Part shown: positions 10,515 to 19,605 of the stretch, in pieces
How positions within the stretch are numbered: the stretch's first letter is position 1
How the letters are laid out: each line of letters opens with the position of its first letter
Assembly (NCBI GenBank): GCA_041483895.1
Contig: JBGPGO010000004.1
Coordinates: 160,001 to 224,000 of the forward strand
Direction of reading: 5' to 3'
Source of the DNA: Fimbriimonadia bacterium
GTDB lineage: Bacteria > Armatimonadota > Fimbriimonadia > Fimbriimonadales > JABRVX01
Length of the DNA: 64,000 nt
Notes under the pieces: generated by a model
What the model was told of the DNA's origin: nothing
The model's database searches: none
What the model saw: only the letters and a program-made list of their open reading frames with translations
Position numbers and translations under genes: made by a program

Positions 10515-11087
10515 ATGCCTACAGAGTCTTCTCTACCAGAGCGATGCTTTGGTGACAGTCCAATAAGGGGAGTTTCCACGGATCGAAAAGGGTCTCCGGT
10601 CGAAGAGATCCTGACCGAGAAGGCGTGCAAGGAGGTATTTGCCTTCCTGTATAGCCGGCTTGGCAACGCGGAGGATGCGGCTGATGTCGCACAGGAGGTA
10701 TACGCACGCGCCGCCCGTACGATATTGGCCACTGGCCCTCCGCGTCATCCCCGGGCTTGGCTGTACCGCATCGCCAAGAACGAAATGTTTGGTTGGAGGC
10801 GAAAAAAGCACCGGGAGGACCGCGGCAGAGCCGCTCTGTATGCCGCGGCCGACATCGAAAAGCCTCCAAATTTGCAGTGGCGCTTGGAAATTGAACAGGC
10901 GCTCAGTGAGTTAGAAGAAGCAATGCGAGAAGCTGTGATCTATATCCATATGCTCGGATATACATATCGGGAGGCCGCGGACCTTGCCCATGTGCCCGTG
11001 ACCACCATGATGAGCCGCGCCTATCGCGGCCGCACGAAGCTACGTGAATTGCTGGGGGACAAGTTGGACCCGGAGGCAAGAACATGA
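10515..11087 (+). CDS. ECF (sigma-70 family) RNA polymerase sigma factor; start uncertain
   Basis: AEDAADVAQEVY, RAWLYRIAKN (region 2); GYTYREAADLAHVPVTTMMSRAYRGR (region 4). Confidence 0.9.
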   Translation: MPTESSLPERCFGDSPIRGVSTDRKGSPVEEILTEKACKEVFAFLYSRLGNAEDAADVAQEVYARAARTILATGPPRHPRAWLYRIAKNEMFGWRRKKHREDRGRAALYAAADIEKPPNLQWRLEIEQALSELEEAMREAVIYIHMLGYTYREAADLAHVPVTTMMSRAYRGRTKLRELLGDKLDPEART

Positions 11088-12049
11088 GCAACCATCCAAT
11101 CGAAAAACTGGACGCCTACCTCGAAGGGGCGCTTCCCGCCAACGAGATGCGCTACGTCAAAGATCATGTGAAGCAGTGCGTCCGATGTGCGACCGAGCTG
11201 CGGCGGGCCGAGCGCCTGCGGCACGTTTTGTATAAGACTCTGCCGCCGCTGGCCGCCATGCCGCGCCGCTCCGTGGTCATCCGGGCGCCCGCAGCCCCCA
11301 TGCGAACGCCGAGATTTAGCTGGGCCTTCGCTGCCGTTACCGTCGGGGTCTTGGTGGTGTTCGGCCTATTCCGGTTCGGCTCCTCCGGCCTGGTTCTCGC
11401 GCCCGAGCAAGTGGTGGCGACCGTACCGCAGACCAATGGATTGCCGATCCGGTTGACGAATACCGGCAAGGTCTATGTGGGGGAGAAGCCTCTCAGCCCG
11501 GAACTTGCCGCGCCCGTCCAAAGAATGCTGACGCCGGAAATCTGGCCCCGGCAGAAGGACCAGGAGAGTTCCCACTCCGCTGCCATTCGCTTGCTGCAGC
11601 CGAGCCCGATTAACATAGCCGCAACCCAACCGCCGTCGGAGTTGGCCTGGACGGGGCCCACCGGTTCTCCCTATCTGGTGGAATTGCAACGGCGTGAGGG
11701 CGGCGGTTGGTCACCGGTGCCTGGATTCCCGAAACGGATCGCCGCGTTCTCCCTCTCTGTCAGCGGTTTGGAATTGGGAGAGATCTTCCGGTGGCGGGTA
11801 TCGACCGGCAACGCGACATCCAAATGGGCCACCGTCAAGCTGCTGCGACACGAAGAAAAGATGCAGTTGGCTGAGGCCCGGGATCGGTTCGGAGAGGACT
11901 CATTCGTGTATGGTTCGGTGTGCGCGCAGTTCGGTATCTATTCGGAAGCCAAGGACGCCTTGATGCATGAGGCGGTGGCGCATCCCGGCGAACCCGGCAT
12001 CATTAATGCCCTTGTCGAAGTGCGGCGTCAGATCAGCCGTTTGCAATAG
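11084..12049 (+). CDS. Zn-binding anti-sigma factor (zf-HC2) with TM helix and extracytoplasmic domain
   Basis: LDAYLEGAL...HVKQCVRC (HxxxCxxC), one TM segment, ATGA overlap with the ECF sigma gene. Confidence 0.88.
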   Translation: MSNHPIEKLDAYLEGALPANEMRYVKDHVKQCVRCATELRRAERLRHVLYKTLPPLAAMPRRSVVIRAPAAPMRTPRFSWAFAAVTVGVLVVFGLFRFGSSGLVLAPEQVVATVPQTNGLPIRLTNTGKVYVGEKPLSPELAAPVQRMLTPEIWPRQKDQESSHSAAIRLLQPSPINIAATQPPSELAWTGPTGSPYLVELQRREGGGWSPVPGFPKRIAAFSLSVSGLELGEIFRWRVSTGNATSKWATVKLLRHEEKMQLAEARDRFGEDSFVYGSVCAQFGIYSEAKDALMHEAVAHPGEPGIINALVEVRRQISRLQ

Positions 12050-12053
12050 CGCG

Positions 12054-12863
12054 TCAGCCTGCCGCGACAGCGTTATCCAATTGGTCCGCCAGACGGCCGC
12101 TGAGGGCGCCCCCGCACAGATCCGGGTTTGTGGACCAATTGAGAGCCAGCTTCTTGATGTCCTTCGCAAACCGGGATGTGGGGTAGGTGAGGAGCACCGC
12201 TCGCGACTGGCTCCGCGCACGATCGACGGCCACATCTTCGTGGACCGAGCCCGCATAGGCCACTTCTGTGTTCAGGAACGACCGTGAGATGCCGTTCAGC
12301 CGCATGGCTGTCATCTGACCCTCATCTGAGCTGTTGACCCTGTTTACGCAAAGAGAAATTCGGCTTCCGGGGTTGCGGCGGCCGGCCATTCGCAGCGCGG
12401 CGTAGGCGTCGTCAAGTACCGCCGGTTCGGGGGTCGTCAAGGCAAGCACTTCGTCGGCTGATAAAACCATCGTCATCACGCTGTTGGCCACTCCCGCCCC
12501 AACATCGGCGATGACGAAGTCAAACGTCTCCTCGATCTCCTGCAAGCCGCCAAGCAGATGCGCTTCCTGGTGGGGGGACAGCCAGGCCAGCCGTTCCAGC
12601 TCCGGTCCGCCACTGAGGATCCGGATTCCGCCGGGCCCTTCAGTGATCACGTGGTCCAGCGTTCGGCGGCCGGACAGCATTTCGGAAAGGGTGCCCGTCG
12701 GCGCAACGCCGAGGATATCGAGGAGTTCGGAGCGTCCCAGATCCAAATCCAAGAGCAAGGAGTCGTGACCATGCTGCTGCAGGGCGATCGCCAGGTTCGC
12801 GGCGATTTGGCTGCGCCCCAGACCAGCGCGGCCCCCGGTTACGAAGATCGAATAGCAGTCCAC
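12054..12863 (-). CDS. FlhG/MinD-family P-loop protein with degenerate Walker A
   Basis: GTG at 12863. VTGGRAGLGRSQIAANLAIAL, LLLDLDLG, GPGGIRILSGG, FDFVIADVGAG, TTPEP, DAYAA match the FlhG/FleN layout. Confidence 0.85.
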   Translation of the reverse strand: MDCYSIFVTGGRAGLGRSQIAANLAIALQQHGHDSLLLDLDLGRSELLDILGVAPTGTLSEMLSGRRTLDHVITEGPGGIRILSGGPELERLAWLSPHQEAHLLGGLQEIEETFDFVIADVGAGVANSVMTMVLSADEVLALTTPEPAVLDDAYAALRMAGRRNPGSRISLCVNRVNSSDEGQMTAMRLNGISRSFLNTEVAYAGSVHEDVAVDRARSQSRAVLLTYPTSRFAKDIKKLALNWSTNPDLCGGALSGRLADQLDNAVAAG

Positions 12864-12865
12864 GG

Positions 12866-14194
12866 CTAGCCTGCCCTTCTTCGGTGGGAATCGGACAGAT
12901 ACTCCGCGACCCCGGCATCCCCGGAGAGATCCGGCCAATGCTGGGTGAGCAGCTCCTCGGAAAGCGACAGAGTATCTGGGAAGCGCCCATGCCGCTCCTT
13001 GGCGCATGCCCGCAAGATGAGGCGATTGAGCTGCGCAGGAAGGTCCTCGGAGGGCACAACGGCTCCCTCCATCACCATCTGCGAGACGGCCGCGACGCTG
13101 TTGCCAGGGAAGGCCGGTCTGCCAACTGTGGTTTCGAACAGCAGCGTGCCCAACGAGAAGATGTCGCTTCGCTGATCCATGGGCAGACCCGCCAACTGCT
13201 CGGGCGATAGATACCGGTAATCCTCAACCGGGATAGTCGACTTGTTAAGCTGTTCGGACGGACTGAGCTTGATGTCCAAGTGCGTCAACCTCAGCTCTTC
13301 GCCGGCAAGGATAACGCAATTGGACGGTGACAAGCTCTGATAGACCAGTTGCGAGCCATGGAGGTATCGCAGAGCCTCACAAATCTGCAGCCCGAGTTCA
13401 CAGACGCTGGACACAGAGAGCCGATGTTCGCGGTCCAGGCGCTCCCGAATTGTCTCGCCCGGCAACGATTCGCTCACGACGAAGCGAAGGCCATTGACCT
13501 CCCCGACATCGTGAATCGTTAGGATATTGCGATGCGGGAAGCGGGCCAGCCACATGCTGTGCTCCAAGAAGCGCTGGGAGCGGCGGAACTCCTCTTCGTT
13601 CGTACTGGGTCGGACGACGGCAACCAGCACGCGGCGGAGAAGCCGCGTGTCGTCGGCCTCGTAGAATGCAACAGTTGGTTCGTTCCATCGGACATTGACG
13701 AGCCAGTAGTGAAGGAACATGCTTCCCGGCTGAATCGGGAGAGCAGATTCGGTCGAAACTGCGCAATAGCGACGATCCAGCTCGGCCAAGATCTCGTTGG
13801 GGGTTGATATGACGTATTGCAAGTTACAATCTGCGGCGCTTTCGATGGCCTCTGTGGCGTCTTGGTCCGCCGGATCCGCGGTCGCACAGTGGAGGGTTGA
13901 GCCGGTTCGGCGCAATGGAACGACCAGATGATGTCGCGCCAGGTCTTCCGGTACAGAGAGAACGGCGCTAGTGTCCATGGGAAATAGCTCGAATCGAGCG
14001 ATATCCAGGTCGTATCGGAGGCAGATGGCTCGGGCCACCTGGTCGGCGGATACGTGACCTTCATCCACCAGCAACTCACCCAAGCGCAAGCCAGGCTGGC
14101 AGTTGCGTTTGAGAAAGGCTTCCCAGTCCTTTTGTGCGATATCCCCGCATGCGGTCAGGATTTCTCCCAGCCGCTCATATCCAGAGGCTTCCAA
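12866..14194 (-). CDS. MshEN/T2SSE_N domain fused to a Ser/Thr pseudokinase domain
   Basis: RLGEIL...RLGELLVDEGHV tandem motif, VPEDLARHHLVVP...ATADP; kinase scaffold HRNILTIHDVG, YLSPEQ, RSDIFSLG. Likely TTG start at 14194; the track start at 14263 lies inside a repeat. Confidence 0.85.
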   Translation of the reverse strand: MEASGYERLGEILTACGDIAQKDWEAFLKRNCQPGLRLGELLVDEGHVSADQVARAICLRYDLDIARFELFPMDTSAVLSVPEDLARHHLVVPLRRTGSTLHCATADPADQDATEAIESAADCNLQYVISTPNEILAELDRRYCAVSTESALPIQPGSMFLHYWLVNVRWNEPTVAFYEADDTRLLRRVLVAVVRPSTNEEEFRRSQRFLEHSMWLARFPHRNILTIHDVGEVNGLRFVVSESLPGETIRERLDREHRLSVSSVCELGLQICEALRYLHGSQLVYQSLSPSNCVILAGEELRLTHLDIKLSPSEQLNKSTIPVEDYRYLSPEQLAGLPMDQRSDIFSLGTLLFETTVGRPAFPGNSVAAVSQMVMEGAVVPSEDLPAQLNRLILRACAKERHGRFPDTLSLSEELLTQHWPDLSGDAGVAEYLSDSHRRRAG

Positions 14195-14245
14195 TCGAGC
14201 GCCCTGCCTTTCGTGGTCTCTCGATTGATTATCGGCGGAAGGGAG

Positions 14246-14308
14246 TGGAGGGCTCCGTTCCATCGGAGCCGGTTCTTGCGTGCGGCTCCGATGGAACGGA
14301 GCCCTCCA
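14246..14308. repeat. REP doublet: perfect 26-bp inverted repeat, each arm itself palindromic (GGAG-type)
   Basis: TGGAGGGCTCCGTTCCATCGGAGCCG (14246-14271) / CGGCTCCGATGGAACGGAGCCCTCCA (14283-14308). Confidence 0.85.
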
Positions 14309-14311
14309 AAC

Positions 14312-14848
14312 CTAGAATCTGTATCCGATGGTCGAGAAGAAGCCGTTGATGTTGACCCCGCCCGCGCTGGGATAGAGGGAGTAGCCGCCGCGGATGGCGA
14401 TACGGTCTCCAAACATGAAACCGGCAAAAATGCTTGCTCCTACGCCAAGTTGGGTGTCCGTGCCACTGCCGGGCTGAAAGTCTCCGCCATTGTCCGCGAA
14501 GGCCACTCTGCTGGAGAAAATGCCCACGTCGAAGCCGGCGAACGGCCCCTTGTCGCGCCCGTACCACGCATAGCGCAAGAAGGCGCCTCCAGCCTGGACT
14601 TCATTGCCGGAATCCTTCCGGCCTGTCCAGCTGAAACCGACGGAGGTCTTTGCACCGGACGGGCTTGTGATGAGGTCCAGCGTAATATCCGCTAAGAATG
14701 TCGTGTCGCCGATCAGGGCTTGTGTTTCTTCCTGGGGGAAAAACGCTCCGGCCTCAATGTTCCATCGATGCTGATCGTCCGCAAAAGCTGCGGAGGTGAT
14801 GGCGGCCACAACGAAAAGCAGACCGCCGCGAATTGCGAATCCCTTCAT
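14312..14848 (-). CDS. Small outer-membrane beta-barrel protein
   Basis: Signal peptide MKGFAIRGG...AAFA, alternating beta-strands, C-terminal IGYRF. Confidence 0.75.
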   Translation of the reverse strand: MKGFAIRGGLLFVVAAITSAAFADDQHRWNIEAGAFFPQEETQALIGDTTFLADITLDLITSPSGAKTSVGFSWTGRKDSGNEVQAGGAFLRYAWYGRDKGPFAGFDVGIFSSRVAFADNGGDFQPGSGTDTQLGVGASIFAGFMFGDRIAIRGGYSLYPSAGGVNINGFFSTIGYRF

Positions 14849-14948
14849 AATCGCACCCTTCTTCCCTAAAGAGTTACCGCTAATTGTACCGGCGCAACTG
14901 CTTACCCTGCAATTGCTGGGGAAACTATACCCACATCGGGGAGATTTG

Positions 14949-15165
14949 GTGTTGGGGTCTTGGGTTTTCGTGGCTTGTATGGGTTGTCCAGTTCCGTGTT
15001 GGGGTCTTGAGTGTTTGGCGCTTGAGAGGTCGCAGTAGGCAAGGACCCCAACACAACAACGCCCACAGGGGAGAGGACCCCAACACATCGTAGGTTATTC
15101 GGTTCAGGGTTGGGGTCTTGGGTTTTCGGCGCTTGAGCAGTTGCGGCAGGCGAGGACCCGAACAC
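14949..15165. repeat. Cluster of six GTGTTGGGGTCYT-type motifs in both orientations
   Basis: Forward at about 14949, 14996, 15109; reverse (AGGACCCCAACAC) at about 15042, 15074, 15153. Confidence 0.75.
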
Positions 15166-15201
15166 ATCACTGGCCACTGGTAGCAGGTAGAATCGTTACC
15201 T

Positions 15202-16309
15202 ATGGATCAATCAATGATCGAAGCGCTGTCCAAGGCGAAGCCTCGCCTGGACGCTATCGGACAACATCTTTGACGTAGCCGGAACGGTTACGCAGATTGC
15301 CACGCTGGAAAAAGAGCAAAATCGACCCGATTTCTGGGACAACCCCGACGCCGCACAGAAGATCCTCCGCAAACTCTCGGCTCTTAAGTCACGAATCGAG
15401 CCGGTCGAGCGTCTAACGAAGCAGCTATCGGACATTCAGGAGTTCCGCGGCCTGCTCGAAATGGACGGAGACCCGGCCATGGAGGCGGAGATCGAGGAGA
15501 CCGCCAAAGGCCTCTTAGCGAACCTGGAACGCCTCGAATTCGAGACATTGCTGTCCGGGCCTTATGACCAAGGTCCCGCCATTGTGACCATTAACGCGGG
15601 CGCAGGTGGAACCGAGTCCTGCGACTGGGCATCTATGTTGCTAAGAATGTACACCCGCTGGGCGCAGCTTCGCGGCTTTTCATTCGAGATAATAGATGAA
15701 TCGCCCGGCGACGTAACGGGATATCGGAGCGTAATGGGAATTGTGGAAGGCCGGTATGCGTACGGGTATTTGATGGCCGAACGAGGCGTGCACCGATTGG
15801 TGAGAATTTCACCGTTCGATGCCGCCGGGAAGCGCCACACATCGTTCGCGATGGTGGACGTGATTCCAGAGGTGACTGATGGTGAGGTCAATATCAAATC
15901 GGAAGAACTTCGCATCGATACCTATCGGGCCAGCGGCGCGGGCGGCCAGCATGTTAATAAGACCGATTCCGCGGTCCGGATTACGCACATTCCGACCGGC
16001 ATCGTGGTGACCTGCCAGAATGAACGGTCCCAATTGAAGAACCGATCGACCGCGATGAAAGTCCTAGAGTCGAGACTCGCGGACCTGGAACGGGATAAAA
16101 CGGAGACGAAGCTGAAACAATTGCGGGGAGAGGTCCCGCCTGCCGAATGGGGCCATCAGATACGTTCGTACGTTTTGCACCCGTACTCGATGGTGAAAGA
16201 CCATCGGACGAATTATGAAACGGGGAACACGAGCGCCATATTGGACGGCGAGCTTGACCCATTTATGGAAGCCTATTTGCGAATGACGCCGGGAGAGCGG
16301 AAGGAGTAA
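15202..16309 (+). CDS. prfB: Peptide chain release factor 2, programmed +1 frameshift at CTT-TGA-C (15268-15274)
   Basis: ATG 15202...CAT CTT TGA C; the +1 frame reads DVAGTVT...FWDNP into ORF 15461..16309 with SPF and GGQ motifs. Confidence 0.97.
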
Positions 16310-16926
16310 TGATAATGCGACGCGCAGGTGCGTTGGTAGTGATACTATTGGGAGCGATGGCTTGGAGCCAGGCGCCGGATTTGGCGAGCGCCGGGAGTGC
16401 GTATTCCCCCGCCGCCAGCATTGTGGTTGACGCGATTCGGGCGGCTGCGAAATCGGATATCGCCGTCCAGGCAGCCGGGTTCTTCGCGGACGGGAAGCTG
16501 CCTGCGAAGGTAGATGCCGACGCGCTCAACAAAATGCTTTCATATCCCGGCGAAGAGATCACGGTTCTCACCCTAACCGGCGATCAGGTCAAGAAGGCAA
16601 TGGAGCGGTCCCTGAGCCTGCTGCCGCAGTCCAATCGGCAGTTCCTCCAGGTCTCCGGCATGACGGTCACCTATTCGGCGAGCGCCCCGGTGCAGTCGCG
16701 CGTGAAGAAGATTCTTGTCGACGGCGCGCCTCTATCCGACACCGCGAAATACACGGTTGCGATGCCGGCCACCCTCGCCCGCGGCGCTCTCGGATACTTC
16801 ACGATTTGGAAAAAGGAGCAGATCACGTCGCAAACGGGCGTCACCGTGGAAGCCGCGGTGCGGGAATACCTAAAGGGAAAGAGCTCCTGGCCGATCGGAG
16901 AGACGAACCGAATTGTGGGTGAATAG
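16309..16926 (+). CDS. Secreted protein consisting of a 5'-nucleotidase C-terminal domain
   Basis: Signal peptide; LTGDQVKKAMERS, FLQVSGMTVTY, RVKKILVDGAPL...YTVA. Confidence 0.8.
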   Translation: MIMRRAGALVVILLGAMAWSQAPDLASAGSAYSPAASIVVDAIRAAAKSDIAVQAAGFFADGKLPAKVDADALNKMLSYPGEEITVLTLTGDQVKKAMERSLSLLPQSNRQFLQVSGMTVTYSASAPVQSRVKKILVDGAPLSDTAKYTVAMPATLARGALGYFTIWKKEQITSQTGVTVEAAVREYLKGKSSWPIGETNRIVGE

Positions 16927-16927
16927 A

Positions 16928-17872
16928 ATGTTTTTGCTCGCTCTTGCTTTGCTTTTTGGAGGGTGCAATTCCGCGCCGCAGGCAACCGGGGACGGGACCG
17001 GTTCCGCGCCACAGCATGTCACGAAGGAGGCGCCCAACCCGACGCCAAAAACCGATTTTGATGGAGCGAAGGCATACGAGCTGCTCAAGAAGCAGGTGGC
17101 GTTTGGGTACCGGGTGCCGGGAACTCCAGCCCATGACAAATGCCTGGACTGGATGGAGCAGACGCTGAAAGAATCCACGCCGAATGTGCACCGGCAGCCG
17201 TTCACCGGGACCTACAAGGGCAAGAAACTTCTGATGACCAACCTGATCGCGCGGTTCAATCCTGACGCCAAGACACAGATACTGCTCTTGACCCACTGGG
17301 ACACGAGGCCGATCGCCGACCAGGACCCGATCCCGGAGAACAAAAAGAAACCGATACCCGGCGCGAACGACGGGGCCTCCGGCACTGCGGTCTTCATGGA
17401 GCTTGCGCGCTCCTTTGGGAAGCGGGCGCCGGACGTTGGCGTCGTTTTGCTGTTTACGGACGGCGAAGATGTGGGCCCTGATATTGACAACATGCTTCTC
17501 GGGGCGCGGTATTGGGCGAAGAATCAGATTCCCAGGGGAGTAAAGTACGGAATCTTGATCGACATGATCGGTGACAAGGACCTGCGGGTTCCGGTCGAGG
17601 AACACGGGTACGAAGTGGCAAGAGATGTCGTACAGAGGGTGTATGATACTGCCAAGCGCCTTTCGCTGGAAAGCACATTCCCCTACGAGGGCGGCGGATT
17701 TATCGAGGACGATCATATACCGCTGAATGAGGCCGGAGTGAAGACGATCGATCTGATCGATTTCACCTATCCCTACTGGCATACTGTTGAAGATACTGTG
17801 GACAAATGCAGCGCGGCATCGTTGACAAAAGTGGGTGTATTGCTGGAAGCGTTGCTGCGCGAAGAAAAGTGA
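16928..17872 (+). CDS. M28 family peptidase / glutaminyl-cyclase-like lipoprotein
   Basis: Lipobox FGGC; HWDTRP, GANDGASG, DGED, DMIGD, DDHIP, YWHT. Confidence 0.9.
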   Translation: MFLLALALLFGGCNSAPQATGDGTGSAPQHVTKEAPNPTPKTDFDGAKAYELLKKQVAFGYRVPGTPAHDKCLDWMEQTLKESTPNVHRQPFTGTYKGKKLLMTNLIARFNPDAKTQILLLTHWDTRPIADQDPIPENKKKPIPGANDGASGTAVFMELARSFGKRAPDVGVVLLFTDGEDVGPDIDNMLLGARYWAKNQIPRGVKYGILIDMIGDKDLRVPVEEHGYEVARDVVQRVYDTAKRLSLESTFPYEGGGFIEDDHIPLNEAGVKTIDLIDFTYPYWHTVEDTVDKCSAASLTKVGVLLEALLREEK

Positions 17873-17932
17873 GTTAGACTGTAGTTGTAGGCGTACACTG
17901 TGCGCCGCTGGTTTTGCAAGGGAGTTGGCGAG

Positions 17933-18271
17933 ATGCATCGAGAGGATGTTCCGGCATTTTGCTTTGAATTAGATCGTGGAGCGAGGCTTCGAGTCAACGA
18001 GGCGTCGCTGAAATCTTGCGACCTGTGCGGCGCGCTCAATCTTCTGCAGAATGGCGAATGTTTCGTGTGCGGATGGCGCGGCCACTTCAGCCGGAACCAA
18101 TCGGTGATTCACGAGACGTTGATCGAGCTGATCCGCAGTCTGCCTGAGGTATCGCCGCTGCACTTCACCGACGACCGCACATTGCGTCGCATTTTCCGGC
18201 GGCGTCCCTGGTGGGTGCGAATGGTGGATGCTGTGCGCTGGTGGTTTGAAGCGCCGCGATCAGTTCGGTAG
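17933..18271 (+). CDS. Hypothetical Zn-ribbon protein
   Basis: CDLCGALN...CFVCGW; GGAG RBS before ATG 17933. Confidence 0.65.
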   Translation: MHREDVPAFCFELDRGARLRVNEASLKSCDLCGALNLLQNGECFVCGWRGHFSRNQSVIHETLIELIRSLPEVSPLHFTDDRTLRRIFRRRPWWVRMVDAVRWWFEAPRSVR

Positions 18272-18934
18272 CATCCAGTCCTTGATTTCGCTGTAGTGGC
18301 TCTTTCGCAGGTGCGGCTGCGTGCTGACACTCTTGACGATCTCTTGCATGAGTGGCACCATTTCCGCAAACCGTTCGGCGGTATCCGTTACCTCAAGAAG
18401 ATGTTGCCGGACGCGCTGATCGATTCCAAGCATCCCCGCCATCGCGAAGGAAAGCGAGCACGGGTCCGCAGAAAAGCGAACCTGAATCTTGAGATCCAGC
18501 CGCTCGGTCAGAAGATCCGCCAACTGCTTGAACGTGGATTTTGCCTCTTCCAGGACCTCCGCTTCGTCCTCATACCCGCACCAAGGCTGGTCCTCCACCG
18601 GCTGCACTTTGCCCACCAAGAAGGAACGGGAGCTGTCGAACTGCCGGATGCGAAATCGATCGGTGCCTTGCGCCACGATGTTCATGCGCCCATTTGCAAG
18701 ACGGTCGACATCACGAATGACCGCCGCCGTGCCGACGAGATACGGTTCGGCTTCGTCATCGCCGACCTCATTGCCTGTGCGCAGGAGCACCACGCCGAAC
18801 GGCCCATCCCGCTCGATGCATTCGCTCATCATTTCCCGATACCGGTCCTCGAAGATGTGAAGAGCCATCAGCATGTTGGGGAACAACACGCTGTTGAGCG
18901 GAAACAATGGCATCGATGTCAGCTTTTCGGGCAC
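18260..18934 (-). CDS. LON peptidase substrate-binding domain protein
   Basis: MPLFPLNSVLFP...LHIFEDRYREM...FGVVL...VGT...GTDRFRI. Confidence 0.9.
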   Translation of the reverse strand: MPEKLTSMPLFPLNSVLFPNMLMALHIFEDRYREMMSECIERDGPFGVVLLRTGNEVGDDEAEPYLVGTAAVIRDVDRLANGRMNIVAQGTDRFRIRQFDSSRSFLVGKVQPVEDQPWCGYEDEAEVLEEAKSTFKQLADLLTERLDLKIQVRFSADPCSLSFAMAGMLGIDQRVRQHLLEVTDTAERFAEMVPLMQEIVKSVSTQPHLRKSHYSEIKDWMLPN

Positions 18935-19014
18935 GAGAGAAATATTACCACCGGTTCAGCCAGCGGGTTCGATGGCTACAACGCGTGCGAAGCGAGTATT
19001 GGAATTATGACGTA

Positions 19015-19488
19015 CTAGTTTGCAGCGAACGGGTCGTCCATCTGCCATGTTTCCTCATCTACATCCTTTTTGTCTCTGTTCTTCTCTGTCACTGAATTCC
19101 TTTCTTCGTAGTGATTGAGAAGCTCCAATAAGCCGAAGGTATTCGGACCTGTTCGCACGAAGATTTGGCTGTTTCTGGCGTACGAACCAAGCGATCCCGC
19201 GATGGAAGATCGTCTTTCCTTCGTATCATCTCTACCAAGACCTATTAGCAACTCACGAACATGGAGGGGCTCGCGCGCATCGAGAAGCACCTTGCGGATA
19301 TTTGCGACATCACTTCCCGGCCTTAGCTTGGTGTCGGGCTGGTCATTCTCCGGCGATCTAGGGAGAAACCTGAGGGCTTCCCTTAGGCCTAGGATGAACT
19401 GCTCCAGCTTTCCCACCTCAAGGCGAAGGCCCTCCAGCTTAGTCTGCTCCTTGGCAATTCTCTTCTCCAATTCCTTGCGGGCGCTCAT
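19015..19488 (-). CDS. Hypothetical protein: coiled coil + winged-helix (HARE-HTH-like)
   Basis: ATG 19488; IRKVLLDAREPLHVRELL...FVRTGPNTFGL; TATAAT 9 nt upstream. Confidence 0.6.
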   Translation of the reverse strand: MSARKELEKRIAKEQTKLEGLRLEVGKLEQFILGLREALRFLPRSPENDQPDTKLRPGSDVANIRKVLLDAREPLHVRELLIGLGRDDTKERRSSIAGSLGSYARNSQIFVRTGPNTFGLLELLNHYEERNSVTEKNRDKKDVDEETWQMDDPFAAN

Positions 19489-19605
19489 AATGAGTCCATT
19501 ATATCTCACGATGGAGAAAAAAGAGAGAAAAGTGAAAAACTTTTCGGTTGCAATGTTGACGATGGTATTATCAACGTCAGGACATGTCTCTTGGAGGCCT
19601 CGGCA

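Noticed and set aside
14195..14263. Longer N-terminus of the MshEN-pseudokinase from ATG 14263
   Set aside because: That ATG lies within the REP doublet; TTG 14194 directly precedes the domain.
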